From Ylistrum balloti (lineage: Eukaryota), in contig NW_026782016.1 of NCBI RefSeq assembly GCF_031769215.1, positions 1,364,001 through 1,428,000 on the forward strand: 64,000 nt of DNA. The letters are read 5' to 3'. Numbering within the stretch: position 1 is the first letter of the stretch; each line of letters starts with the position of its first letter. Below the pieces are notes generated by a model that had not been told where the DNA came from, made no database searches, and saw only the letters and a program-made list of their open reading frames with translations. Positions 12,118 through 24,157 of this stretch are shown here, piece after piece. Position numbers and translations under genes: made by a program.

Positions 12118-14724
12118 ATGAGTTCCAAGTTAACAGCCAACCCAGATCTTGATGTGTTTAAAGAAGAGAGAGAAGGGAAGCTGCGAGAAGTCGGCGGTCA
12201 CGCAGTCTGGTCTTTGTCATCATGTAAACCAGGTATTATACATTTACTTGGGAAAAACTACATTTTCATATGTTATAATAATTGGGTGTGACAGCTTGAC
12301 AATTAAAATTCATGAATATTTTATGTTCAGTGTCAAAGTAGCAATTACAACAATTAAAGTCACTACTTGTATGGTATAGTGCACTTTGGATGAAAATATG
12401 TATAATGGCCAGATAAAACATCAACTTTAAATCAATCTGAAGCCTTCATATTGAAAGTATTTATGTATTCTCAATTAAAGAGAGAAATAAAATGCCTTGA
12501 TACATCCCCTCAGACGTTCACTGACCTGATATAACAGTATATGTGATTGGCTTCAAAAAATGTGAAATGTCTTTGTCAATATGTATTTTAAATTGTATAT
12601 AAATATATTGTTTGAAAATGTAGGTTTTGGTGTAGACCAGTTGAGAGATGATTCCTCAGATACATACTGGCAATCTGATGGTCCCCAACCTCACCTTGTC
12701 AATATTCAGTTTCGCCGCAAAACTACCATTCATGACATCTGTATCTATACTGATTACAAGGCAGACGAGAGCTACACACCAAACAGGTAGATTTCATGCT
12801 TTTTCAAACTATAAGATTTACTTGTACATAAGCTTTACCTAGAGACTCACTGACAGTCTAATATCTAAGTTACAATGTAGACTGGATTTATTTTGTAGTT
12901 CATGATTCTGTTCCTATACAATGATAGCTCATATCAGAGGGTGCAGGTTTGTAGGATATATCAATGTTAAAGCCATGTCAGGGTAAAACAATAGTTTTCT
13001 TTCTGTTTTATTATTGCATATACATGTATAGATTAAGGATATCACCCTATAAACGATGGTATTTGGTTTTTGTTGAAATGTGCTCATAAAAAAAGGTTAG
13101 CGATTAATGTTACTTATTCTGAATTGACTTAAGAGTTATCAAATAACATTTGCCACACCCATAACAAAATCTGGTGATGGAAGAAAAACTGGATTTTACT
13201 GTGTTAGTATTGTCGCTGTCATTTCTGCCTGCCAGCCATGATATGTTTGTACTTACCAAATACTGCATGTATTGTGCAATGTTATCAATGCTAAATTTTA
13301 GAGGGGTTTCCTGAACAGAAGAAGTCGTCAGCTAGACATCTCAGATTATGAACCACCATGTGTTGTTGTGTTTTTTCACAAGACACTTCACTCTAAATGT
13401 AGAGGTATCAACATAAAACTTCTTATGTACAACAAAGAGATCATCACTCTTTTGCATAATTTAAGAGTTATTTCTCTTTGTTATTTTTCATACCTAGTGC
13501 GGAATTTTACACTAAAACTATAAGAAGTATCAATATGAAACTTCATAGGACGATAGATCTCAAAAAATTGAGGGCAGTAAACAAGAATCATAGCTCTTTA
13601 ATTGCCCTTTGTTATTTTTCACACTTAAATTTTGTCCCATTGGGGGAGCCACGATCTTTTAGTTGATGATTTTCATAATCCTCAATTTATGACGTTTCAA
13701 TAAGTTGATCTTTACTTCCTTTTCTTAATGGTCTCTGCCCTGAAGAGGATATTTACATATAAAGCTTTGTCTAGATAACTCCCAGGTCCTTAAACTACAC
13801 ATATCAAAACTATCTCCTAGGTTACTTATTGATTCATGTCCCTCTGTTGAAAAATAGCAAATGTTTGTACAGGCAATTCTTCTCAGGCTTGTAGGTGGTG
13901 TCAATTAAACTTTTTATACCACAAGTAACTCATAACTTCCCCCTAACAGTGTGCATTTCATTTCTTTCACAAATTGTTGCTATGGTTACAAAAACTGTAG
14001 TCCTTGATCGGGAAAGGTGGTCTGTCCTTTAAAATTGAAATATTTTACATATATTCTCAGTTGACCTTTTAATCAAGCATGTGTTTCACATTTCCTTCCA
14101 TTGCCCACAGATTGTTGATATCTGTTAGGGGTATAAATACCTTCCTGTATTTAATTACTGTACATTGTATCGCTCAGGAATGAGAGTTTTAATTATAATT
14201 CATTAGCACCATTTCGTTTTTTGTGATTGCTACATTTCCAGATTTTTATGCATTTTGTATCATGAATATAAGTTTCTTTGGTACATTGTGGATGTATATT
14301 TGTTCTGCCCTGCATGGCTCTTGTGTCAGAACTGTACAGAAACTGTAAACTTTATTTTACAACAATAGCAAAATAAAGATAATTAATTATACCTATGTAT
14401 ATCATAACTGTCCATGAAATATGTTTTTATATTCTATCTTTCAGGATCTCCATCCGTGCTGGAAGTCATTTCAATGACTTGTTAGAAATTGAACAAATAG
14501 AGCTAAGTGAACCGGTTGGTTGGGTGTCCATCCCTATGAAGCAAGTAAACAACAAACCCATACGGACATTTATGGTGCAAATAGCGGTGTTATCCAACCA
14601 TCAAAATGGCAGAGACACACATCTTCGCAGGATCAAAATACGCTCTCCTGTACATGACTTGTCCATGGCAAAAATGCCAAAATTTACTAGTGTAGAACTG
14701 TTACAATATGCCTATATTAAATAG
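12118..14724 (+). CDS. ANAPC10: Anaphase-promoting complex subunit 10 (DOC1), 185 aa
   Basis: Exons 12118-12232, 12624-12786 and 14445-14724 total 558 nt. Sequence includes [53 protein letters not shown] and NHQNGRDTHLR, ending in an IR-tail-like IK. Confidence 0.97.
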
Positions 14725-15334
14725 TTTAAGATCCTCCAAAATTATTCATTCATTTGTCATTTATTCCGCAGTTGTAACCAATGAAAATAAGGAGTCCCTT
14801 GTTCAAATATGACACAATTCTATAAAAACTAAAACTCTTTATTATGCTTGTAAATGTAAATAATTTGAGTATCACAGATAAAATACTTTATCTTTATTTG
14901 AATTAGTATTTTCCATAACATACATTTTCCATTAAAGCTTGTTAAATACATGTATATTAAAAATCAGTTAGAAATCACTGTTGCCCTATAACTTTATATA
15001 TATTTGATTATCTTTGTTTTTTCCTTGAGAGCTGAATTAATTGTAAGACATGTTAAAGTATATAATACATATTTTAATGAATGCATGTATAATCAACTTG
15101 AAAAATAACCAAGTCAGGAATGATGTATATTTTGTAGCTTACATATTTGGGCAGTGTTTCTGTACTTGAATTGCACAGCAGCCTTTGCCCATCTACACTC
15201 AGTATTGGGAAAAAATTCCCCTTTAAGAAGATTACAGAAATATTAAAGCTTAAGTGTGTGGATGCTCCGTCACTGAAATATCTGTTTCCTGTAACTGATT
15301 CAGCAAAAAGGATCCTCCATCCAGTCAATTATAT

Positions 15335-15510
15335 TCTGGTAAAGCACTGACCTGTATATTACTAGTCAGTAGATTGGTAGAACACTGACATGTATGTAGT
15401 TACAAGACTGTAGATTGGTAGAACACTGACCTACAATGTTAATGTAGTAGTTTGTCTGTAGATTGGTAGTGCACTGACCTACTTGTAATAACTTGTCTGT
15501 AGATTGGGAT
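15335..15510. repeat. Short degenerate tandem repeat (about 40 bp, about 5 units) between the convergent ANAPC10 and MAT2B 3' ends
   Basis: Recurring ctgtagattggtagaacactgacc motif. Confidence 0.75.
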
Positions 15511-15890
15511 ATTACTAGTAAAACCAACACCAATAGTATATATGAATTATATAACTACATCAACCTTGCGAGAATCTAACAAACCCAATCACCATACAAT
15601 TTACCAAAATGGAAGCTATGCTCTACACAAGGGATATTTCTTGAACCAATTTCGTTCACAGTCTGTGTTATTGAATAAAAAAAGTGAACAACCTTGTTGA
15701 ATCCATAGGTAACATTCGGTTCAAACTATCCTACGAAAAGATACAGCTTTCAGGTATCAGAAGCATTGTATCTTTGATTTTTAAGCTGATGATTTGAGTC
15801 AATGATACAGTCCTTGACATATCTGACAAACATGCAGTGGCTTATCAGATATTCTGATCTGTCTCTGTTGGTCGATATATACAATTCAAT

Positions 15891-18800
15891 TTATTTTCCA
15901 ACAAAGGGAGATAACACTGGAACTATTCCATCCTTGAAAGGTGTTCTTCTTCCAAAACCTAAACTTTCAACTCTTTGGCAGCCAACATGTGCATTATAGG
16001 GTCTTGTTGCTCCAACTGAAGGATTTTTGTCTGCTTCAATATGATTGGTTGAGATTCCAAGAGCTGTAGCCATAGCAACTGCCATATCATATTTGGTCAT
16101 GTTTTCATCACCACTCCAATGGTATATTCCTCCTATATTGCTAGGATCCTGAGGAAAAAAGAAGGGAAACATGAATTTCTGACAAGGATACATTAATAGT
16201 CTACTTGTTTCATTTAAAAGATAAGTTCATAAAGGTTGAACTCTAATCATATTCATAAAAATGTATGACATCCCCCTCCAACCCTAAACCCCTCCCAACC
16301 TCCCCTCCTTTGTTTTATTATGGAAAAGATAGCAATTCCATGAAATGAATTACTTGCACCTTTTACCAGTCAAGCAGATCCTGTGTATAAAAAATAAAAA
16401 TAAATCATTGTCAGGTTATTTAGGGACATTTGATACAAATACTGAATATGAAGTTTTCCATATGACCATCTCCATATCCTTTCCAAAATATTCCAATCGG
16501 AAAGCTTCGATTTTTTAAAAAAATAATAATTTATGTGTAATATGCAAATAACAAATTCGATAATCTTAAGTAAGGCTTCTTATTTTGTACAAAGTTTGCA
16601 TGAACTACATAAAATGTTCAATATTTTAATGTAGATATTTTTGACTCATAATTATCATAATTAATATGAATTGGAACTTCGCTGTTTGGAGAAGTTGAAG
16701 CAAGAATAATGGGATATTCTTTAGAATTGTCGTTGATAACAAGTTTTGACCCCTGTGTAGTGCAGATTATATTTCTCAACTGAGATCATGACCATCTAAA
16801 GCTGTCTTCACTCCATTTGCTCTAAACAGTATTTGATGGGCCTCTTGCACGTTGTTCAGTGAGATAGCCACCAGCTGTTACAGGAGACCACATCTTAAAT
16901 ACTCTTTTGTAGGCCAAGAATATTTGATATGATGATCTGCTTTCAAGAGCTCGTGATTGATTATAACCCCCAGATGTCTGGAATTATCATGGTTGGTTAC
17001 AGGGGGAAACATCTCGCCAAAAAACTGCAACAAACCAAGGAAATGAGTATTTGTACCTGTAGTTTCTGATCAGATAACTGTCTGATGACTACTGCTATGT
17101 CGGCACAATGTGTTGGATATCTCCTTTCATAATCATTCATCACACATTGACTTCCTGTGTTCTTGACTTTATCAAACAGAACAGTGACAGCACTCTCACC
17201 AAGGTCATGCACTTCTCCATATAGGATAGGAACTCGTAGGACACCATTTTCTGTGGATCAAAGGTAAAAGATATCATTTAGTTAAAGGCCCACAAAGAAA
17301 TTATTGCTCACCTGAATTTTAAAATTTGTTGACCAAACTTTCTACTTGGAAAAATACATCACTGAAAGCCCTGTGATTATAGAGAGTGCAATTGAAAAAT
17401 ATTAGCATATAAATAAACTGGATCTTTATTTAGTTAAAAAACCAATGTTTTTTATGACAATTCCTTGATGTTATTTTTCATTTTTAATAATTTCATTATC
17501 TTACCTTTGGAGACTTCCAGAGTAACTAGCTCTCCGTTCAGTTTACTTTCACCATATTTATTGAGAGGATTGGGAGTGGCGTCCTCGTTGTATGGAGGAT
17601 TTTTCCCATCAAAGACATAGTCAGTACTGATGTATAACACCCAGGCTCCAATCTTTCCTGTCAAGTAAATTACGGAAATAACTTGCAATGATGCTTCAAG
17701 GTCAAGGTCACATATTTACTTTGTTGAATTTGGTCTGTAACTAGAAAAAGTCTGTAGACATAAAGACTCTGCTCCCGTGAACTGGAGTATCCTTGCTTGA
17801 CGAATTTGCAGAAGTTGTCAGATATGACCTTTGACCCTTTTACCTCAACCGATGACCCCAATTATACGAAAATGTGTAAGACTTGATGCTATAATAATAT
17901 GGGGTGAATGTTAACCAAATCTAATTTAAGATTTTTTAAGACATGACTTTGAATATGATGAGAGAGACCAACACCGGTAACATCAATATTTTTATGGCAA
18001 AATATCTTGTATATTTCATGCGTGTTTACAATAACAAATGCTATTGTTAGACAAATGATAATGGTTTTTTCAATTAATTGGTGCAAATGCCAATTCTCAT
18101 TTCAATCTTAATACTGTTCACAATGTACCAGTTACATGTACATGTTTATGAACGTGTCCATACAAACTCAGTTCTTGGGGATAGGAAGGGTGGGAGTTTA
18201 CCTGCCAATTCACAAATTTTCCTAGTGGCATCAATGTTGAGGCGTCGTGTTGCATCTGGTTGCTTTTCTACAACATCTGGTTTACGCTCCGCAGCACTGT
18301 GTATTACTACCTGTGGCTGTGAAATAGAGGTGTATTTTACTGGCATTTATCAAGGATGCTCTCGATAATGGTAAATTTGATAGCAATTATACAGGAATTG
18401 GGTGATTGTATATATTTTCAAATAAAGGTTAAAATCTTAGAAAAGGTGTAAATAAACAATGCAAATGATTCTATTCCCCTCACTCTCCCACCTGGACATA
18501 GAAAGATGGAGATGATGGCCACCTGTGTAAAATTTGATCAAAATCGCTTCAGGAATGAAGTCATTGATGCATTGACAAATATTTTCTAAACTTTGACCCT
18601 ACAACTCTGAATCTCAAACTTGTCTGTGATAGTATAGTCCTTTGAATGAATATGAAGTATGATCCAAATTCCTACATAAATGAAACCTCTAAAGTGCTGA
18701 TGAAGATATAAAAAAAAGTAATTTTGACCTTGACTCCACAATCTTAAAAAAATTTCAACTTGTCCAAGACATTTGGTTCCTTCATATGTTTGTGACATTT

Positions 18801-20523
18801 AATCAAAATCCTTCATGAAGTGAAACTGTAACAGCACCGAGAAGGGTTTTCTAAAATCTGTAACAGCGATTTTGACCTTGACCCTACAAACCTGAACTTT
18901 GTCTGATATACTATAGTCAATATTAGTGTGTGAATAAATGGAACTGCTAGAGCACCAACAAGGATTTTGATTACAGTCCTACCAGAAATGCAGCTGCTAG
19001 AGCACTGAGCAGGATTTTCTAAATATAGTGACTTCAGAATCTTGGATTTCAAATTTGTCGGAAATACATCTGAGAACAACCCTATATCTTCACTCCAACA
19101 TTTGTCATGAATGAGAATATCAAGTACTTTAACAATTCTTGTTCAAAAGACTGATGATTTCTTGTCAGGAAATGGATTTTTAAAAATTTAATTTTACCTT
19201 AAAATCATCAAAGACTTTTGTTAATTCTTCACTTGATGTTATATCCACTTTGCGCAGGTCTCCATGTGCTCGGGAAAATGCAAGCCCTAAGACTTCCCAT
19301 GTTGTATCTTTCAGAAATTCTTTATACAAAGCTCTTCCCAAAAGTCCAGATGCACCAGTGATCAACACTTTCTTTGCCATTGGAACTGCTGCACAAAAAA
19401 AGGACAAAGGGGCATGTAATGTAATGTTCTGTTTCAATCTTTATATTTGGGCACATAAATTCTTTAAGTTCAAGACTTAAAACCAGGTAATGTACAAGCT
19501 TATCATGTTCTACCCATACATTAGACACATACAACACCAGGTTACTGTGTTCTCCCCAGACCATTAGAGACAGGTACAACACCAGATTACTGTGTATTCC
19601 ACAGACCATTATAGACAGGTACAACATCAGGTTTCTGTGTTCTCCCCGGGGTCATTATAGACAGGTACAATACCAGATTACTGTGTTCTCCACAGACCAT
19701 TATAGACAGGTACAACACCGGGTTACTGTGTATTCCACAGACCATTATAGACAGGTACAACACCAGATTACTGCTTTCTCTAGACTATTATAGACAGGTA
19801 CAACACCAGGTTACTGTGTTTTCCCCATACCATTACATACCAGTAAAACAGAATCTAATGGTGTTCTCCCAAGACCATTATACACAGGTAAAACACCAGG
19901 TTACTGAGTTTTCTCCAGGCCATTATTGACAGGTAAAACACCAGGTAACTGTGTTTTCTCCAGGCCATTATTGACAGGTAAAACACCAGGTTACCGAGTT
20001 CTCTCCTGGCCATCATTGATAGGAAATATCAGATTACTGCATTCTCCCCAGACCATTATACACAGGTAAACACCAGATTATTGTGTTCTCCCCAGACCAT
20101 TATACACAGGCAAAACACCAGATTATTGTGTTTTCCCCAGACCATTATACACAGGTAAAACACCAGATTATTGTGTTCTCCCCAGACTAAGTTGATACAA
20201 CGGCACAGCTCTCATTAATTATTAGAAGTTCACACGTTAAAACCAATTGGTGGTGATGCCTGAACAAGTGTAACGTTGACAATCTAGCTACATACAACAT
20301 GTAAAAGGTTATCTTGTGACAAGGCTACATAATAAACATTGTATAGTCAACTGGTCACGTTCTATCAGACCTAATAACTGTGTTTTCTGCTTCTTCTACT
20401 AGAATGCACATGCTACTAAGTACCATGTTCCATAAATAGTACACAGACCTCACCTTCCACGTTCCAGGTGGAGAACCTCTGATTAGAGTCGTCCCCCTTG
20501 CGATATGACCGATGAGGCTCCAT
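15891..20523 (-). CDS. MAT2B: Methionine adenosyltransferase 2 subunit beta (RmlD-like SDR fold), 326 aa
   Basis: Exons 20523-20454, 19388-19198, 18316-18202, 17657-17505, 17250-17057 and 16148-15891 total 981 nt. Motifs: VLITGASGLLGR, IHSAAERKPD, YISTDYVFDG, NKYGESK, LRVPILYG, GIYHWSGDENMTKY, TRPYNA. Confidence 0.95.
18470..19080. mobile_element. Helentron-associated (HINE-like) non-autonomous element with about 3 internal 140-160-bp satellite-like units, in a MAT2B intron
   Basis: Repeated tgaccttgacc...aacttgtc motif near 18590, 18725 and 18875, typical of bivalve Helentron-linked satellite repeats. Termini are not resolved. Confidence 0.5.
19490..20190. repeat. About 45-bp minisatellite (about 16 units) in MAT2B intron 1
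   Basis: Unit ggtacaacaccagattactgtgtattccacagaccattatagaca; anchors at 19573 and 19618. Confidence 0.9.
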
Positions 20524-21127
20524 TTGGGGTAATTTTATTTTTCATAAATGCCTAATTTCGCTTGAGAGCACTCGTCGTCTGATATCAAGATTACATTTTT
20601 TTGTATTTAATTCGGAAAACTATATTTATATTGCTTATCATCATATACTACATATCGTGTGAATTTGATATAATGGATGTATATACACATACACACTGTA
20701 TATAAAATTAAGTGCAAGGTATGACTCAACGATACTCTAACAGTCATTTCTAAAATTAACAAAAGCATTGAAATTCGGCTGTAGGTCTTGTCATGCTGTA
20801 CTGATGGAAAGTATCATAGCTAGTGAAACTGTGGTCATTTGGTGTAAATTTAAGGTAGGTAGGACAGGGTTTTATTTATTTATTTATTCAATAGTAGTTT
20901 CATATCTTGTGACGTATCTCCTTGTAACGTGTTATATGAGTTCGCCCCGCCCCCAACACGTTTAGGAGGTCGATATACCCACATTCCCGATATTTCACAC
21001 GAGCCCTTATATAATATGATGTTTATCTTGACATTGATCGATAACTTTCTCCTTATCCAGCACGTTTTTTTTACTAGTTATACAACATTTCTTGAGGTTA
21101 TTAAACCTTGCACTTTTTAGTGCGAGT

Positions 21128-21260
21128 AAACTTACAGTTCCTTTTAAATAACTCAGAAATGCTGACGTCTTGTGGTGCCATGGTGCGGTGTCCGCCCCAC
21201 GGAACCACGGAACCACAACCCATCAGCGTTTCTAAGTTATTTAACAGAAACTGTAAGTTA
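21128..21260. repeat. Imperfect foldback of about 62-bp arms, with a third direct copy at about 21331-21400
   Basis: Arm taaacttacagttccttttaaataactcagaaatgctgacgtcttgtggtgccatggtgcggtg pairs at about 80% with 21198-21260 around a short loop tccgcccc. The ORF track shows the same NLQFLLN peptide on both strands. Confidence 0.8.
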
Positions 21261-21975
21261 ATATTGATCAACAACTTTCTCATTATCCATCACAATTTTT
21301 CTTGTTGTACAAGAGGTTTGTCAGGTACAGTTTAGTGCGTGTTAATTTACAGTTCCTGTTAAATAAGTTAGAAATGCTGATGGCTTGTGGTTCCGCGATG
21401 AGGCTTATCAGTGACCAAGGTCTTTTAATCATTTTCGCAATAATTAAAAGACGCTGGGTACTGATATTGTTCCTACTGCATGATAGGATGAAAGTCTAGC
21501 TGAATCACTTTGACCTACTTTCATCTTCAAAGGTCAGAAATATTAAAATCTCTAAACCTATTCTTCTTAATATTAAAATTGTACTGGGCACATGTTAGTT
21601 AACCTTTTGTCTTCATATATATATATATATATATAATTATATCGACTTCAATCTGGACAAGAAAAAAAATGGATATATGGAACCTTATGGTCTACAGTCA
21701 AACATATATCGTCATTGGGATTTTTATATAGGTTTTACGAAGTCAATAGCGAAAGCATTTTCATATACGTGTATAGGATTTACTTATATAACATATATGC
21801 ATTGGATGTGTATTTAAAAACAACAAAAAAACATAACGTTTGATTTTTAATTCCCTCCCTAGATTTCGACGTCGGTCAGTAAAGCAAGAAGCCAATTCTA
21901 CAACCGGTATTGAGCAACGCTGAAATACTGCAAGCAACATCAACTTTGAAACCGGAACTCCGAACTGCAGCAGCA

Positions 21976-23313
21976 ATGGAAAGCGGAAGTACGATCAAAA
22001 CTCGCAACGGTGAAAGGGATATTGATAATGCTTTAAACGAGGTTGAGAACAATACTGTTGATCATCTCAATACATTGTACAGTACTATCGCTGATAATAA
22101 TTTCACATTGTTTAAATCTACCATAGGGAAATGTGGCTTTGACATGAGCCAAGGATCTCAGATTTTACATTGTATCTGTAAATGTCGAAATGAAGCGAAC
22201 GTTGTTAAATATTTACACGAAGCTGTAAGATACGGATTTGATATTAGGGCTAAAGACGACACCAATCAAATGCCTATACATGCCGCCTGTTCGTATGCGA
22301 ATTACCATGCCGTAAATTTCCTGGCTGACCTAGACCCGTCACTCTGTAACGAGGTCGAAGAGGGTTCAACCCAATCTTCCCCACTCATGATAGCGATTTC
22401 TAAATTTACGCCAGAAAAAGACGAAGATTTTTTCAAAACTGTTGATGCTCTTTTAAAGCATGGAGCAGACGTTAACAGGAGGATAAGACATCACAGCCAT
22501 ACGCCTTTGCTGAGTGCTGTGTGTCACAGTGAAAAGATGCCAGAAATTATTCGTATTTTACTTGACGCTGGAGCTGACGTCGCGACACGTTCTTTGATGG
22601 ACAGAACGCCACTTATTCTCGCCGTCTCCCAGAAAGATCAGCAATCAGTTAGATACCTTCTTAAAGCTAAATCGGATCCAGATGCAAAGGATAAAATGGG
22701 CTTGACTCCTCTACGCCTTGCTTGTCGGAAACAATACGTATCGATTATAAGGGATCTTGTTGAATACGGCGCCGATATTAACTGTGAAATTAGTCAAAAC
22801 AATAGGGAGATATTAATTGATGCCATCCAGACATCAAATTACGGCATCACTGAACTTTTGTTTAAACTGGGACTGAAAGTGACACAGGAACTCATTCTTC
22901 AACAAAATCCTGTTGTTTGTGCAATAAGGAAAAAAAGTAAAGAACATTTGAAGATACTGCTTCAAGAGAATTGCCCGCTAGACGAGCCCTTATATCAACT
23001 CCCCTTAATAGAAGCGGTACAGACGAATACTGTTGATACCGACGTGTTGAGTGTCCTTCTCCAATCAGGTGCTGACTTTTCGGACGCGCTATTAAACTGT
23101 GCCCTGACAGCTAAGCCGGACGATGAGACATTGGCAAGTTTAGTGGCGCAATATCACCGTGACGTCAGGACGCTGAAGGCGTTATGCTGTTTCTCTGTCA
23201 GAAAGTCTCTTGGCCTCGGGATCAAAAGAAAAGTTTGGAGTCTGGTCGAAGACCACACTATTCCTCGGTCCTTAGTTAAAGATGTCATGTTAGAGCATAT
23301 TCTGAACGTGTAA
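21976..23313 (+). CDS. Ankyrin-repeat and SOCS-box protein (ASB-like), single coding exon, 445 aa
   Basis: ATG in gcaATGG context, with an in-frame TAA at 21880 upstream. Multiple ankyrin repeats (MPIHAAC, SPLMIAI, TPLLSAV, TPLILAV, TPLRLAC). C-terminal SOCS-box-like VRTLKALCCFSVRKSL...IPRSLVKDVML. Confidence 0.88.
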   Translation: MESGSTIKTRNGERDIDNALNEVENNTVDHLNTLYSTIADNNFTLFKSTIGKCGFDMSQGSQILHCICKCRNEANVVKYLHEAVRYGFDIRAKDDTNQMPIHAACSYANYHAVNFLADLDPSLCNEVEEGSTQSSPLMIAISKFTPEKDEDFFKTVDALLKHGADVNRRIRHHSHTPLLSAVCHSEKMPEIIRILLDAGADVATRSLMDRTPLILAVSQKDQQSVRYLLKAKSDPDAKDKMGLTPLRLACRKQYVSIIRDLVEYGADINCEISQNNREILIDAIQTSNYGITELLFKLGLKVTQELILQQNPVVCAIRKKSKEHLKILLQENCPLDEPLYQLPLIEAVQTNTVDTDVLSVLLQSGADFSDALLNCALTAKPDDETLASLVAQYHRDVRTLKALCCFSVRKSLGLGIKRKVWSLVEDHTIPRSLVKDVMLEHILNV

Positions 23314-23429
23314 ATCAATTTATAAAAAATGTCACCCTTGCTGTTCAGTCGAATTCAAACTTATAGAGACTCGGTATTGATGATAACGTTGATGTGTGGT
23401 AACTTAGCCGTTTTTAAGATAAAAGTAGA

Positions 23430-23472
23430 TCGTGTCTGAATATGGCCGGAAGACCTGAAGATGTTTGTGAAA
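23430..23472 (+). ncRNA. Degenerate minimal hammerhead ribozyme motif in the ASB-like 3' UTR
   Basis: ctgaata-tggcc-GGAA-gacct-gaag-atgtt-tgtgaa aligns at 30 of 39 positions to the copy at 47535-47577. Core positions G8 and A15.1 are mutated, so it is probably inactive. Confidence 0.55.
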
Positions 23473-24157
23473 CAGGACGTTGCGTCATCTATACACAAAA
23501 GTTTTTACTACATAGCTGTCACAAATCCGGTACAATCACGACTGGCAATATAAAATCTGAAATCACCGGATCCAGATACCTTATGATATGATGTGTAACA
23601 TTTCTTTATTGATTTTTGAAAGTTGTAACATAACTGACGAAGGAAGACAAGTTACACAAACATTAATACAGATGGTACCATTCATGTATCATTAATACTC
23701 ATTATTCAACATCGTATTCGAAAAAGATGATGATATGGGTGTTTTCCTGCCATGTTCATATGTAGATACATCATGCGGGGGCTATGTAAAATGGCGACGA
23801 TGTTCAAACATCTATTATTAATTGAAAAATCAAGGAAGACTGCAAAAAAAAATGTTAAACTTATTTTAGTTAGCATTTGTGAGGAAGAAGAACACTAATA
23901 TAAAATTTACAGGGGCAATGCATTGCTCCTTAGCCATATCCTCGGTGAATGCATGTGGAGCCTTCAGGCAGTTACGTAGAAATACTATGGCCCAACAGCC
24001 AATCACCGGTCTTCTAGATGTTTGTATATGATAAAAATAACCTTCGTTATAATAATAAATATTAGTCACATTTTCAAACGCGTTATACCTCTATCGTTAT
24101 ATAAGTACATATTCGAGGCGCTCAGAATATTTTATTGTGACAGGTTTTGAAGATTTT

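Noticed and set aside
21910-21975. N-terminal extension of the ankyrin ORF given in the ORF track
   Set aside because: It starts at TTG, and the first ATG in good context is 21976.
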